From the IMG/VR virus record IMGVR_UViG_3300045988_167582: a DNA stretch of 64,000 nucleotides. The stretch is one strand, 5' to 3'. Below are positions 16,708-26,710 of this stretch, piece by piece. Numbering within the stretch: position 1 is the first letter of the stretch; every line of letters begins with the position of its first letter. This DNA is from a virus. The translations under genes and the position numbers were made by a program. The notes beneath the pieces are model-generated. The model was given only the letters and a program-made list of their open reading frames with translations. It was not told the origin of the DNA and ran no database searches.

Positions 16708-17508
16708 ATGGGAGAAGTAAGCTATAGACCACTCATCGAAGAAATGGTTTGGAGCTATAGCCGAATCGAATCGTTTGAAGACTGCCCATATCGATGGTTT
16801 TTGAAGTATATTAGCAAGTGTTCGGAAGAACCTAAGTTTTATGCTTCGTTTGGGTCTTTTATGCACAAGCTGATTGAAATGTACTACAGAGGGCAACTTA
16901 CAAAAGAGGATATGCTTACAAAGTATCTTACGGATTTTTCTAAGGAAGTACAAGGCGTGAGACCCTCTGAAAGTATAACAAAAAACTACATCAAATGCGG
17001 GGCAGAATATCTGAGAAGTTTCAAACCATTCAATTTTGAGATGGTTGATGTTGAGAAAAGAGTCCGGTTCGACATAGACGGTATCCCGTTTATCGGGTAT
17101 ATTGATTATCTTGGCTTAAAAGACGGGAAATACTACATCGTTGATAATAAGTCACGGAATCTGCAACCCAAAAGTAAAAGGGCAAAGCCAACAGTCAAAG
17201 ACAGAGAGCTTGATTCAATGCTTAGACAGCTATACATATACTCTGCGGCGATTAAACAAGAATATGGGGTGTTCCCAGAAGCGCTGTGCTTTAACTGCTT
17301 TAGAACAGGAACATTTATCGAAGAGCCTTTTAATGAAGAGGCATATCATTCGGCTATAGATTGGGTTAAGAACATGGTTGAGGATATCAAAAATACGGAT
17401 GAGTTCTATCCCAATAGAGAATTTTTCTCGTGCTACTATATTTGCGGTGTAAGCGGTGATTGCTGTTATGACCAACAAGCACGGAAGGAAAGGAGGCTTA
17501 AGGTATGA
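16708..17508 (+). CDS. PD-(D/E)XK nuclease, Cas4/RecB-like with a 4-Cys cluster
   Basis: N-terminal CPYRWF, the IDYL...IVDNKS nuclease motif, and C-terminal CYYICGVSGDCC. Confidence 0.65.
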   Translation: MGEVSYRPLIEEMVWSYSRIESFEDCPYRWFLKYISKCSEEPKFYASFGSFMHKLIEMYYRGQLTKEDMLTKYLTDFSKEVQGVRPSESITKNYIKCGAEYLRSFKPFNFEMVDVEKRVRFDIDGIPFIGYIDYLGLKDGKYYIVDNKSRNLQPKSKRAKPTVKDRELDSMLRQLYIYSAAIKQEYGVFPEALCFNCFRTGTFIEEPFNEEAYHSAIDWVKNMVEDIKNTDEFYPNREFFSCYYICGVSGDCCYDQQARKERRLKV

Positions 17509-18836
17509 TGAGAGCAGAAGATATAAACAGTATTGAAAGTGAATCCGGCATTATTGCTTCGCTGATTCATAATCCAGAGCTTTCATTCTATTCCGAATAC
17601 TTACTTCCGAACCATTTCACAAACAAGGAGAATCGGTGTATATACACGGCGATTTGTGACCTCGCCAGAAAGGGTATCACAACGATTGACCCGTACAATA
17701 TTATCGAAGACCTGAATTCCTCGGAAGCTACAAGGAAATATGCCGATGAACTTTCTGTGGATAAACTGCAGGAGCTCGTAGAGATGAGTGATGTTCTCGC
17801 GAGAAGTTCAGTAGAAGAATATAAAATGCTTGTCTCGAATGTTATGGATGCGGCATTTCGCAGAGATACATTCCAACGTCTCAAAGAATGTCAGGCACTA
17901 TGCTATGACCGTTCCGAAGAAAATGTAGAACAGAAAATTTATGCAGTCATAGACGATGTTATGACGGAATTCTCAACGGCTAATGAAGTTCCTCCATACA
18001 AGGATGTCATTGATGACTGTTGGGAAGAAATCAAGACGCGACAAGGAAACGGGTTTGCCGGTATTCCGTTTAAGTTTGCAGCTCTTAATGAGTATGCAAC
18101 AATTGAACCCGGTGAACTGTTCATTTTTGCAGCAGAGGCAAAGCAGGGGAAATCAATGATGCTTCTGAATTGCGCTATCGATTTATTAAAGAAAGACCTC
18201 GCCGTTTTATACTTGGATAGCGAGCTCAACACGCGACTGTTTACTGCGAGAGTTCTCGCTCATCTTTCAGGTGTAGAATATAAGCGACTTACATCCGGAA
18301 ATTATACCGAGGAAGAAGCAAACAAGATTGACAAGGCGAGAGAGTGGATGAAAACAAGAAAATTCACGCATATCTACATTCCTATGTTTGACCAGCAAAG
18401 CATTTATACTGCGGTAAAGAAGGTTAAACATACACAGGGACTTGATGTGTTGATTGTTGATTATTTCAAAGGGTCGGGCGACGGTGACGCTTTTGATTCC
18501 TATCAGGAACTCGGCAGGTTTGTTGATATGGTAAAGAATCAGATTTGTGGCGAGATGGGAATTTGCGGAATCGGAGCTGCACAGGCAACTATAAATGGAA
18601 GGGTAGCGGATTCAGCCAAAATCGGACGCAACGCCAGTACAATTGCCCTTATACAGGATAAGTCTCCGGAGGAAGTAGAAGCGGACGGCGCAGAATGCGG
18701 AAATAAAAAGTTGCGCGTAATTCTAAATCGAAACGGTATGCAGATGGCGCCCGGAGAATACATAGATTTGCTGTTTGACGGAAATCATATTCTTTACAAG
18801 GAAGCCAAGCAGCACATCCCACAGAGTCCTTTTTAA
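17505..18836 (+). CDS. dnaB: DnaB-type replicative helicase
   Basis: DnaB-like N-terminus (ESESGIIASLIHNPE...). Walker A AEAKQGKS. Walker B LIVDYF. Confidence 0.8.
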   Translation: MMRAEDINSIESESGIIASLIHNPELSFYSEYLLPNHFTNKENRCIYTAICDLARKGITTIDPYNIIEDLNSSEATRKYADELSVDKLQELVEMSDVLARSSVEEYKMLVSNVMDAAFRRDTFQRLKECQALCYDRSEENVEQKIYAVIDDVMTEFSTANEVPPYKDVIDDCWEEIKTRQGNGFAGIPFKFAALNEYATIEPGELFIFAAEAKQGKSMMLLNCAIDLLKKDLAVLYLDSELNTRLFTARVLAHLSGVEYKRLTSGNYTEEEANKIDKAREWMKTRKFTHIYIPMFDQQSIYTAVKKVKHTQGLDVLIVDYFKGSGDGDAFDSYQELGRFVDMVKNQICGEMGICGIGAAQATINGRVADSAKIGRNASTIALIQDKSPEEVEADGAECGNKKLRVILNRNGMQMAPGEYIDLLFDGNHILYKEAKQHIPQSPF

Positions 18837-18878
18837 CAAATCAGCCTAATTAAAAAAATTGCTATCGGAGGTGATGGT

Positions 18879-19862
18879 GTGGAGCTGGAAGATTTGATTG
18901 AATCAATCGATATTGTGGACTACATATCTCAATTTGTTGACCTCGAAGAGAAAAACGGAGAATATTGGGGATTAAGTCCATTTAAGGATGAAAAAACACC
19001 ATCATTCTCCGTTAGGAGAGAAACAAATAGTTTCTATGATTTTTCAAGTGGTATTGGTGGCAATGTTTTCACATTTGTGAGGTTTTACAATCATTGCACA
19101 AACGCCGAAGCGGTAAGCATTCTCAAAACGTTTGCTGGTTACGACGGTGAAACTGTTGTTCCAAGGAAGAAGATGGCGGCAACATTGATTTGCAAACGTT
19201 TCAAACCGCAAAAGACACGTAAGAAAACCAGTGGGGGAACAATTTACCCCGATAACTGTATGGAGAAGTATGAAAAGCGCGAAGATAAGCTCGCTGTATG
19301 GGAGAACGAAGGCATTTCAAAAGAATCTTTGGATAAATATCAAGTGTATTATGATAGCTTCTCAGATAGACTTGTTTACCCTATACGAAATATCTCCGGA
19401 AGGATTGTAAACATCGGTGGAAGAACGCTTGACCCGAAATGGAAAGAAAAGAAATTGCGGAAATATACCTACTTTTCGGGCTGGGGAGAGATGGATGTAA
19501 TCTATGGTCTTTTTGAAAACATGGATGCCATTCTTTCTGCACACGAAGTTATCCTTTTTGAAGGCTGCAAATCCGTGCTCTTAGCGAATACTTGGGGTAT
19601 TCACAATACAGGAGCTCTTCTGACCTCTCACCTCAATCCGCAGCAGTTGAAAATACTTGTGCGACTTGGTGTCAGAGTTGTATTTGCTCTTGATAAAGAT
19701 GTTAGGGTAAGAGATGACCATAATATCAGCAAGTTAAAGCAGTATGTAAACACCTTTTATCTCTGGGATAAAGAAGATTTGCTTGACGAGAAAGACGCGC
19801 CTGTAGATAAAGGGCAAGAGGTTTTCCAGATACTGTATGAGCAGCGTTTGAGATATAGGTAG
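18879..19862 (+). CDS. dnaG: DnaG-type primase (TOPRIM) with a degenerate zinc-binding domain
   Basis: SPFKDEKTPSFSV...FYDFSSGIGGNVFTF parallels DnaG CPFHNEKTPSF...CFGCG. TOPRIM motifs ILFEGCKS and ALDKD. GTG start. Confidence 0.75.
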   Translation: MELEDLIESIDIVDYISQFVDLEEKNGEYWGLSPFKDEKTPSFSVRRETNSFYDFSSGIGGNVFTFVRFYNHCTNAEAVSILKTFAGYDGETVVPRKKMAATLICKRFKPQKTRKKTSGGTIYPDNCMEKYEKREDKLAVWENEGISKESLDKYQVYYDSFSDRLVYPIRNISGRIVNIGGRTLDPKWKEKKLRKYTYFSGWGEMDVIYGLFENMDAILSAHEVILFEGCKSVLLANTWGIHNTGALLTSHLNPQQLKILVRLGVRVVFALDKDVRVRDDHNISKLKQYVNTFYLWDKEDLLDEKDAPVDKGQEVFQILYEQRLRYR

Positions 19863-19872
19863 GAGAGTGTTT

Positions 19873-20462
19873 ATGGCAAGATTTATTGACTTAACCAATA
19901 ATAAGTTCGGAAGATTAGTCGCTATACGCCCAACCGATAAGAGAGGTGCCGACGGAAGCGTTGTATGGGAATGTATGTGTGAATGCGGAATACTTCTTTA
20001 CGGTCTGTAAACACACTCAGTTGCGGATGCTATGAAATAGATTTGATAAAAATGTGGATAAAGACAAACGAAATCATCAAATCAATAGACGGATATTACA
20101 TAGGAATTACATCTAATACAGGTAATCATTTCCTGTTTGATGAGCAAGATTACAGCATCGTATCAGAACATACTTGGAGAGAGGACGCATATGGGTACAT
20201 CGTTACAGACATTGGCAGTAAGCGTTCGGTTAGGCTTCATAGATTACCGCTAAACAACCCAGACAATATTATAGACCACAAGAACGGAAATCTGAAAGAC
20301 AACAGGCGGTGTAATCTGCAGCTTGCGGATGCACACACGAACCAAATGAATAGGAAATGCAACTCAAATAGTTTAACTGGTATCAAGGGAGTTACGTTCA
20401 GAAAAGAGCGTAACAACTATTTATATCAGTTTAGCAGGGAGGTGAAAAACAATGGGCAATAA
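19873..20462 (+). pseudogene. HNH homing endonuclease, frameshifted near 19986-19992 with a truncated AP2-like C-terminus
   Basis: Frame 1 gives MARFIDLTNNKFGRLVAI...WECMCECG then a stop. Frame 0 continues NTSLRSVNTLSCGC...IDHKNGNLKDNRRCNLQLADAHTNQMN (HNH)...TGIKGVTFRK (AP2 start). Confidence 0.6.
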
Positions 20463-23400
20463 AAGCTATATACCATATCATATGCACACGGAGTATAGTC
20501 TGATAGATAGTTGCTCTAAGTATCCAGAATACATCGAACTTGCCGTCAGAGATGGAGCTAAGGCAATATCTTTCAGCGAACATTCAAAGCCATTAAATTG
20601 GTGCGAAAAATGGAACGCCTGCAAACAAGCGGGAATACGATATATTCATTCAGTTGAGATATATCTGACGGAATCGCTCAAGGAGAAAGTTCGTGACAAT
20701 TACCATACCGTCCTTATGGCACGGAATATGGAAGGGCTTCGTGAGCTGAACGCACTCGTAAGTTTGTCGTGTGACAAAGACCACTTTTACTATACCAATA
20801 GGCTCTCATTCGATGAGTTCCTCGGTATTTCAAAGAATATTATTACCACAAGCGCTTGCTTGGCTTCCCCGCTTAATAAGTTAGACGAGAGCCACCCACG
20901 GTATATGGAGTTAGCGAGAAAGTATGACTTTCTCGAAGTACAGGCGCACAATCATCCAGAACAGATTGAGTTCAACAAAAGGCTTGTGAAACTCGCAAAG
21001 CAGCTTGGGAAACCGCTTATTGCCGGAACAGACACGCATAGTTCCAGCAAATACAAAGCGGAGTGCAGAGCGGTTCTTTTGGCGGCAAAGCATAAGTCAT
21101 ACGGCGACGAAGACGCCTTTGATTTGACATATAAAACATACGATGAACTCGTAGAAATGTTCCGGACGCAGGGAGCCCTGACAGAGAATGAGTACTTAGA
21201 AGCGATTGAAAACACGAATCGGCTTTACGACATGACAGAAGATATCGAGTTGGACACATCTATTAAGTACCCCATCCTATATGGTACAAGAGAGGCGGAC
21301 TCGGAGAAGTTCACAGAAACGGTCGAAAGAAAATTCAAAGAGAAGCTCGAAACCGGCATAATTCCGGCAAGTCAAGAGGCTGCGTTCCGTACCGCAATCG
21401 AGGAGGAAATGCGAGTTTTCCGAAAACTTAAAATGGATGGATTTATGCTCTCGATGTCTGAACTGATTAGTTGGTGCAAAGAGCAGGGAATGGCAATTGG
21501 TACGGCGAGAGGTTCGGTCGGCGGTTCCAGAGTGGCGTATATCACTGATATCATCGACTTGAATCCGGAAACTTGGCAAACTGTTTTCTCGAGATTCTGT
21601 AATGAAGACCGTGTTGAAATCGGAGACATCGATATAGACTGCGTTGAATCTGACAGACCCGCAATTTTCAAACACATTACAGACCGATTCGGGAAGGACA
21701 AAACGGCGCGAGTTGCATCCTTTGGCACAATGCAATCAAAAGGAGTGATTGATGACGTTGGGCGAAGTCTCGCTATCAAATGGGAGAAATCGAACCCCGG
21801 CAGACCAAACGGGGATAACCCTTGGTCATTATCCAATGTTGCTCGTATCAAAACCGAGTTCGAGGCGAATGAAGATAAGACGAAGAAGAAATACCCTGAG
21901 CTGTTCTACTATTATGATGGCTTAATTGATACGAAAATTTCGCAGTCGGTACATCCGGCTGGTATGGTCATCAGCCCAATTACACTCGTCGATAATTTCG
22001 GTGTCTTTGATAAAGACGACGAGAACTGCTTAATGTTGGATATGGAAAACATTCACGACTTCACAGGGCTCGCAAAATACGACTTCCTTATCCTAAAGAC
22101 CGTGCAAGTGATTCGCGATACCTGTCGATATCTGAATAAACCATATCCTAAGACGCACGAAATCGACTGGAATGATAAAGAAGTATGGGCAGATATGATT
22201 CGCAACCCATCAGGCATATTCCAGTTTGAAGGAGCATTTGCTTTCGAGAGCTTAAAGAAATTTGTGCCTCAAAGCATTTTCGATATGTCAATCGTTACAG
22301 CTTGTATTAGACCATCCGGTTCTTCATATAGAGATGTCCTCCTTGCAAGGCAAGTACATAAGAACCCGTCGGAAATGATTGATGATTTGCTCCGAGATAA
22401 TCTCGGGTATCTGATTTACCAAGAAGATACAATTAAGTTTCTTCAGCAGATTTGCGGTTTGTCTGGAAGTGAAGCTGACAACATCAGACGAGCAATCGGA
22501 CGAAAGCAAAAGGAAAGACTGGACAAGGCTATGCCGTCCATTCTTGAAGGGTACTGCAATAAATCTCCAAAACCAAGGGCTGAAGCAGAGCAAGAGGCAA
22601 AAGAGTTTCTTCAGATTATTGAGGACAGTGCCAGTTATCAGTTCGGCTACAATCACTCCGTAGCTTATTGCCTTCTCGGTTATTTGTGTGCTTACTACCG
22701 GTATTACCACCCGATTGAGTTTATCACTTCATTTCTTAACAACGCTGCTAACGAAGACGACATTCGCAATGGTACGGCATATGCAAATCGGGTCGGCATT
22801 AAAATCACGATGCCAAAGTGGGGTCTATCTAAGAGTGAATACTTCTTTGATAAAGATAAAAACATTATTGCCAAAGGGCTTTCCTCTATCAAATATATGA
22901 GTTCAGGGATTGCCGAAGAATTGTATGGTCTTGCACACGAAAAATCACATTGCAGATTTGTTGATGTTCTTCGAGACCTTGACCAAAAGACATCGCTTAA
23001 CACAAGACAGCTTGATATTTTGATTAAGATAGATTTCTTCTCCGATTTTGGAAATCAGAGAGAACTACTGCGAATTACGGATTTGTATTACGAGACATTT
23101 AAGAGAGGTCAGGCAAAGAAAATTAGTAAGGATAAGGTTGACGGTACGCCTCTTGAAGCAATCGTAAGTAAATATGCTGTCGGTGTTACAAAGTCAGGGG
23201 GAGTAGCTAAGAGCTATACATTGCTGGATATCGACTCTATTTTGAACGAGGCAGAAGACGCAGTAATGGCATTACATATGGACGACCTGAGCGACCTACT
23301 TAAAGTAAGAAACTTCGCTGATGTTATGGGCTATGTGGGATATGTTTCAGGTAAGGAAGAAGACCGCAGAAAACTTTATATTCTTGATGTGTATCCCTTG

Positions 23401-23598
23401 GTTCGTCGGAAAGACAATAAGCAATTCGGGTACTCCGTCATTACTAAATCTATAGGAAGCGGGAAAGAAGGAAGATTCACTGTGGTGAATAAGCTATATG
23501 ACGAAACACCGATTAGTAAAGGAGATATTGTCTACTGTAAAAGCTTTGAGCGAAACGGGCAGTATTTCAGACTTACCGGTTATGACAAAGTCTATTAA
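20452..23598 (+). CDS. dnaE: DNA polymerase III alpha subunit (DnaE-type, PHP domain)
   Basis: PHP motif YHMHTEYSLIDS, GTDTHS, and polymerase core GDIDID. 1048 aa. Confidence 0.9.
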   Translation: MGNKSYIPYHMHTEYSLIDSCSKYPEYIELAVRDGAKAISFSEHSKPLNWCEKWNACKQAGIRYIHSVEIYLTESLKEKVRDNYHTVLMARNMEGLRELNALVSLSCDKDHFYYTNRLSFDEFLGISKNIITTSACLASPLNKLDESHPRYMELARKYDFLEVQAHNHPEQIEFNKRLVKLAKQLGKPLIAGTDTHSSSKYKAECRAVLLAAKHKSYGDEDAFDLTYKTYDELVEMFRTQGALTENEYLEAIENTNRLYDMTEDIELDTSIKYPILYGTREADSEKFTETVERKFKEKLETGIIPASQEAAFRTAIEEEMRVFRKLKMDGFMLSMSELISWCKEQGMAIGTARGSVGGSRVAYITDIIDLNPETWQTVFSRFCNEDRVEIGDIDIDCVESDRPAIFKHITDRFGKDKTARVASFGTMQSKGVIDDVGRSLAIKWEKSNPGRPNGDNPWSLSNVARIKTEFEANEDKTKKKYPELFYYYDGLIDTKISQSVHPAGMVISPITLVDNFGVFDKDDENCLMLDMENIHDFTGLAKYDFLILKTVQVIRDTCRYLNKPYPKTHEIDWNDKEVWADMIRNPSGIFQFEGAFAFESLKKFVPQSIFDMSIVTACIRPSGSSYRDVLLARQVHKNPSEMIDDLLRDNLGYLIYQEDTIKFLQQICGLSGSEADNIRRAIGRKQKERLDKAMPSILEGYCNKSPKPRAEAEQEAKEFLQIIEDSASYQFGYNHSVAYCLLGYLCAYYRYYHPIEFITSFLNNAANEDDIRNGTAYANRVGIKITMPKWGLSKSEYFFDKDKNIIAKGLSSIKYMSSGIAEELYGLAHEKSHCRFVDVLRDLDQKTSLNTRQLDILIKIDFFSDFGNQRELLRITDLYYETFKRGQAKKISKDKVDGTPLEAIVSKYAVGVTKSGGVAKSYTLLDIDSILNEAEDAVMALHMDDLSDLLKVRNFADVMGYVGYVSGKEEDRRKLYILDVYPLVRRKDNKQFGYSVITKSIGSGKEGRFTVVNKLYDETPISKGDIVYCKSFERNGQYFRLTGYDKVY

Positions 23599-23610
23599 AA
23601 GGAGTTAGCG

Positions 23611-24033
23611 ATGGACAAATTAACATATGATTCACTTGCTGAGGTTTTCAAGCAATGCCACAGTAAACCGAATTATGCAGCCGGAATTTTCATTCCGGAT
23701 TATAGACGCCAAAAAGAGTTTGCAGATGAAATGATGCAACTGATACGTTCAGATGCACTTCGCGGAGCGAGGATTTGCAACAACCCATACGTTCAGATGC
23801 ACTTCCCAATTGATTTTACATCAAAGATTCTTTTTGAAAATGGTAGCTACATTACAACCAATGTATACGACAGCGACGTTAAATTTAATTCTCTGCTTTA
23901 CGATGGCTTGTGTGTATCCGATGAGACATTAAAGAATCTCGACGCAACCGTGGTGCCATATGGTTGGTTTGCAAGTGACACCGAAGATGAGAGCTCATTA
24001 AACGATTTCCTTAGTAGTTTCAAAATCACATAA
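23611..24033 (+). CDS. hypothetical protein
   Basis: AAGGAG SD. Confidence 0.5.
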   Translation: MDKLTYDSLAEVFKQCHSKPNYAAGIFIPDYRRQKEFADEMMQLIRSDALRGARICNNPYVQMHFPIDFTSKILFENGSYITTNVYDSDVKFNSLLYDGLCVSDETLKNLDATVVPYGWFASDTEDESSLNDFLSSFKIT

Positions 24034-24084
24034 AAGTGTTTATAAAACTACGCTTTTATATTCGTATAGAAAGGAGGACGGTTA

Positions 24085-24282
24085 ATGGCTAAAGAAATCA
24101 TTTGCAATAAATGCGGAAAGAAATTTGATTTCTGGGACACTCAGGAGGACTTCTCGATTGAGAGAAGCTTGGGTTACGGAACGAAATATGATGGTTCAAC
24201 CCTTGAACTCGACCTGTGTTGCGAATGCATGGAGAAGCTCATTGAAGAGTGCGTTATTTCTCCAATATCAGATAATACATAA
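24085..24282 (+). CDS. small zinc-ribbon protein
   Basis: CNKCGKKF...CCECMEK. AAGGAGG SD. Confidence 0.5.
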   Translation: MAKEIICNKCGKKFDFWDTQEDFSIERSLGYGTKYDGSTLELDLCCECMEKLIEECVISPISDNT

Positions 24283-24294
24283 AACAAATCAAAA

Positions 24295-24969
24295 ATGGAA
24301 GGAGGCGATTTTATCAAGTCAAGTACTCGATATAATATTGCTGCATTGGGCGTGGTAATTCTTCTTGTCTTACTTGCTTCGAGAGTTTTAGCAGATAAAA
24401 GGCGGCTTGCTGCGGATACATCCACATTTGAAACATATTCCGAAACAACAATTATTTCTGATTGCTCTTCGGAGCCGGGAACCGAGACGGAAGAAATCCA
24501 GCCCACCACAGAAACAACGAGCGCTACCAATGCGAACGCCACCACAACTAACTCGGAGAGCGATAAGCACACCGTTATTTACTATACAGACAATGACGCA
24601 GTTGACATAGCGAAAGTTTTATACAGGGAATGCCGAGGTGTCCCGAGCGTTACCGAGCAGGCGTGTGTAGCGTGGACAATTCTAAATAGAGTTGATAACA
24701 ATAATGCATCCATCCACGATGTTGTTTCGTCACCGCATCAGTTTGCGTTTTCTGAAAACACACCAGTTGATGAAACGCTCCTGAACCTTGCTTATGATGT
24801 TCTTGAACGTTGGAATAGTGAGAAAAACGGTGAAACTAATGTTGGCAGAGTCTTGCCGGAGTCTTATCTCTGGTTTGAAGGACACAGCGGTCACAACTAT
24901 TTTAGGAACCGATATGACGGCGATTTTACCGTATGGAGCTATTCTTTAGAAAGCCCATATGAAAGTTAA
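24295..24969 (+). CDS. membrane-anchored SleB-type cell wall hydrolase
   Basis: N-terminal TM (AALGVVILLVLLA), a T/E-rich linker, then LYRECRGVPSVTEQACVAWTILNRV...SSPHQFAF (Hydrolase_2-like). Confidence 0.6.
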   Translation: MEGGDFIKSSTRYNIAALGVVILLVLLASRVLADKRRLAADTSTFETYSETTIISDCSSEPGTETEEIQPTTETTSATNANATTTNSESDKHTVIYYTDNDAVDIAKVLYRECRGVPSVTEQACVAWTILNRVDNNNASIHDVVSSPHQFAFSENTPVDETLLNLAYDVLERWNSEKNGETNVGRVLPESYLWFEGHSGHNYFRNRYDGDFTVWSYSLESPYES

Positions 24970-25014
24970 CCTGCCGTATCAAGATAATTAAAAAATATGC
25001 AAAGGAGCTAATAT

Positions 25015-25734
25015 ATGAATCCAAGAGACGCTTGCGAAGTCGCGTATCAGAATGGTTATGCTCAGGGGCTGCTTGATAGCGGTGTCCACCGCGTTGAAAA
25101 TTGCGAATGCGTTTCCAATGCGAAAGTCTTCGGGTTAGAAGACAGTATTCGCGGAGCTAAATTCCCTATGTCAACGGATGTAAGCAAACTTAACACAGAG
25201 ATGACCGATGGAATTAAGGCTTTAGCGCAAAGTAAAAAGGGAGAAGGGCATGACCAATGGCTCACGGGAGTGATTGTCCAGTTTGACCTAACGTTTTCAA
25301 ATAAAGCGTGGGTTGAAGCAGAACGTTATAGCTTTCTCGATTTCGTAAGTTCACAAAGTACAATGCACAGGATTTCAAGATTTAACTTTGAAAAGGTATA
25401 TAACGAGTTTGTTGATGATAGGATTATCGAGATTATCAAAGAAAAGGTTGAGCGGTACAACGATTATTGCGCCTCGATTACCACCGGGCTTACGCCACAG
25501 AGCGTAGAATGCCAGCAAGCCATTGAAGCCAAGAAAAAAGAATTATACCTTGATATCTTATATAACAACCCGGCTGGTTGCCAAATCACTGCGAGAATGT
25601 CAACAAACTATCGTCAGCTGAAAACAATTTATTCTCAGCGGAAAAATCATAGGCTGCCTGAGTGGCGGACATTCTGTAAATGGATTGAGACATTACCCAT
25701 GAGTGAGTTGATTACGGGCAACGATAAGGGGTGA
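25015..25734 (+). CDS. ThyX-like protein with a degenerate RHR/SxRY motif
   Basis: FDLTFSNKAWVEAERYSFLDFVSSQSTMH aligns by eye to the ThyX segment F.F.vSR....el.RHR..S.sqqSqRY. The C-terminal NYRQLKTIYSQR...EWR resembles N.Re....l.lR...AqwEiR. Confidence 0.35.
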   Translation: MNPRDACEVAYQNGYAQGLLDSGVHRVENCECVSNAKVFGLEDSIRGAKFPMSTDVSKLNTEMTDGIKALAQSKKGEGHDQWLTGVIVQFDLTFSNKAWVEAERYSFLDFVSSQSTMHRISRFNFEKVYNEFVDDRIIEIIKEKVERYNDYCASITTGLTPQSVECQQAIEAKKKELYLDILYNNPAGCQITARMSTNYRQLKTIYSQRKNHRLPEWRTFCKWIETLPMSELITGNDKG

Positions 25735-26171
25735 GCACTACGAAGAGCAGGATACAGAACCCATATCGCATGAAACAGCTAATCGATTTTCAGGGGCTTG
25801 ATATAGATGGTTATATCTATCCAACTGATATCGATGGGTTAATTGAGTATAAAGACTCAGAATACATAATCTTTGAAATTAAATATGGCGGCGCAGAAGT
25901 GCCTGTCGGTCAAAAGCTTGCGCTTCAAAGAATGGTAGATGACTTTACTAAGGTCGGTAAGCAGGCGGTAGCACTTGTCTGTGAGCACACAGTACACGAT
26001 GCAGAAAAACCTGTTATAGCCGCTTGGTGCAAGGTGCGTGAAATCTATTACGGTAAGGAGAAACAGTGGCGAGCGCCTGATTCGGAGATAACCGTGAGAG
26101 AAGCCGTCGATAACTTTCAAAGATATTCAAGGCTTGTAGCCGACACAACGAGAGGAGATGATGCGGTTTGA
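25731..26171 (+). CDS. hypothetical, possible PD-(D/E)XK fold
   Basis: DIDGLIEY...IIFEIKYG fits a D...ExK pattern. GTG start overlapping the upstream gene. Confidence 0.3.
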   Translation: MSTTKSRIQNPYRMKQLIDFQGLDIDGYIYPTDIDGLIEYKDSEYIIFEIKYGGAEVPVGQKLALQRMVDDFTKVGKQAVALVCEHTVHDAEKPVIAAWCKVREIYYGKEKQWRAPDSEITVREAVDNFQRYSRLVADTTRGDDAV

Positions 26172-26710
26172 AGGTAATCTTAATTTCTGGCAAAGCACAA
26201 AACGGCAAAGACACGGTAGCAGCATATATGAGAGAAAAACTGACAGAAGATAAACACCGTGTTTTGATTACACATTATGCGGACTTGCTCAAATATATCT
26301 GTCGCAGTTATTTTGGCTGGGACGGAGTGAAGGACGAGAAGGGACGCAAAATGTTACAGTACGTTGGTACTGATGTTATTAGGAAAGAAAACCCGAGCCT
26401 ATGGGTGGATTTCGTGGCACTTATGCTGAAATACTTCCACGAAAACTGGGACTATGTTATTATCCCTGACTGCCGGTTTCCTAATGAGGTATCCACAATG
26501 CGAGATAGTGGGTTTGACACCTTATATCTGCGCATTATCAGAAGCAATTTTGCCAGCCCTCTTACAGAAGAACAGCAGAAACATCCGTCAGAGACAGCCC
26601 TTGACGGGTACGACGCTGACTACTGTATTGATAACAACGGAACGCTTTCGGAGTTAAAAACGAAAGTCGATAATTGGATTAAGGAGAGTTTATATGAGCA
26701 CGAATCATAA
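26168..26710 (+). CDS. deoxynucleoside monophosphate kinase
   Basis: P-loop ISGKAQNGKDT. Overall resembles phage dNMP kinases. TTG start overlapping the upstream stop. Confidence 0.6.
   Translation: MKVILISGKAQNGKDTVAAYMREKLTEDKHRVLITHYADLLKYICRSYFGWDGVKDEKGRKMLQYVGTDVIRKENPSLWVDFVALMLKYFHENWDYVIIPDCRFPNEVSTMRDSGFDTLYLRIIRSNFASPLTEEQQKHPSETALDGYDADYCIDNNGTLSELKTKVDNWIKESLYEHES

Noticed and set aside
16351-16953. 200-aa minus-strand ORF overlapping ssb and the Cas4-like nuclease
   Set aside because: It is antisense to two well-supported plus-strand genes, has no RBS, and its sequence has no recognisable features.
20911-23003. Several minus-strand ORFs (up to 159 aa) inside dnaE
   Set aside because: They are antisense shadows of a 1048-aa polymerase gene with clear PHP and polymerase motifs.
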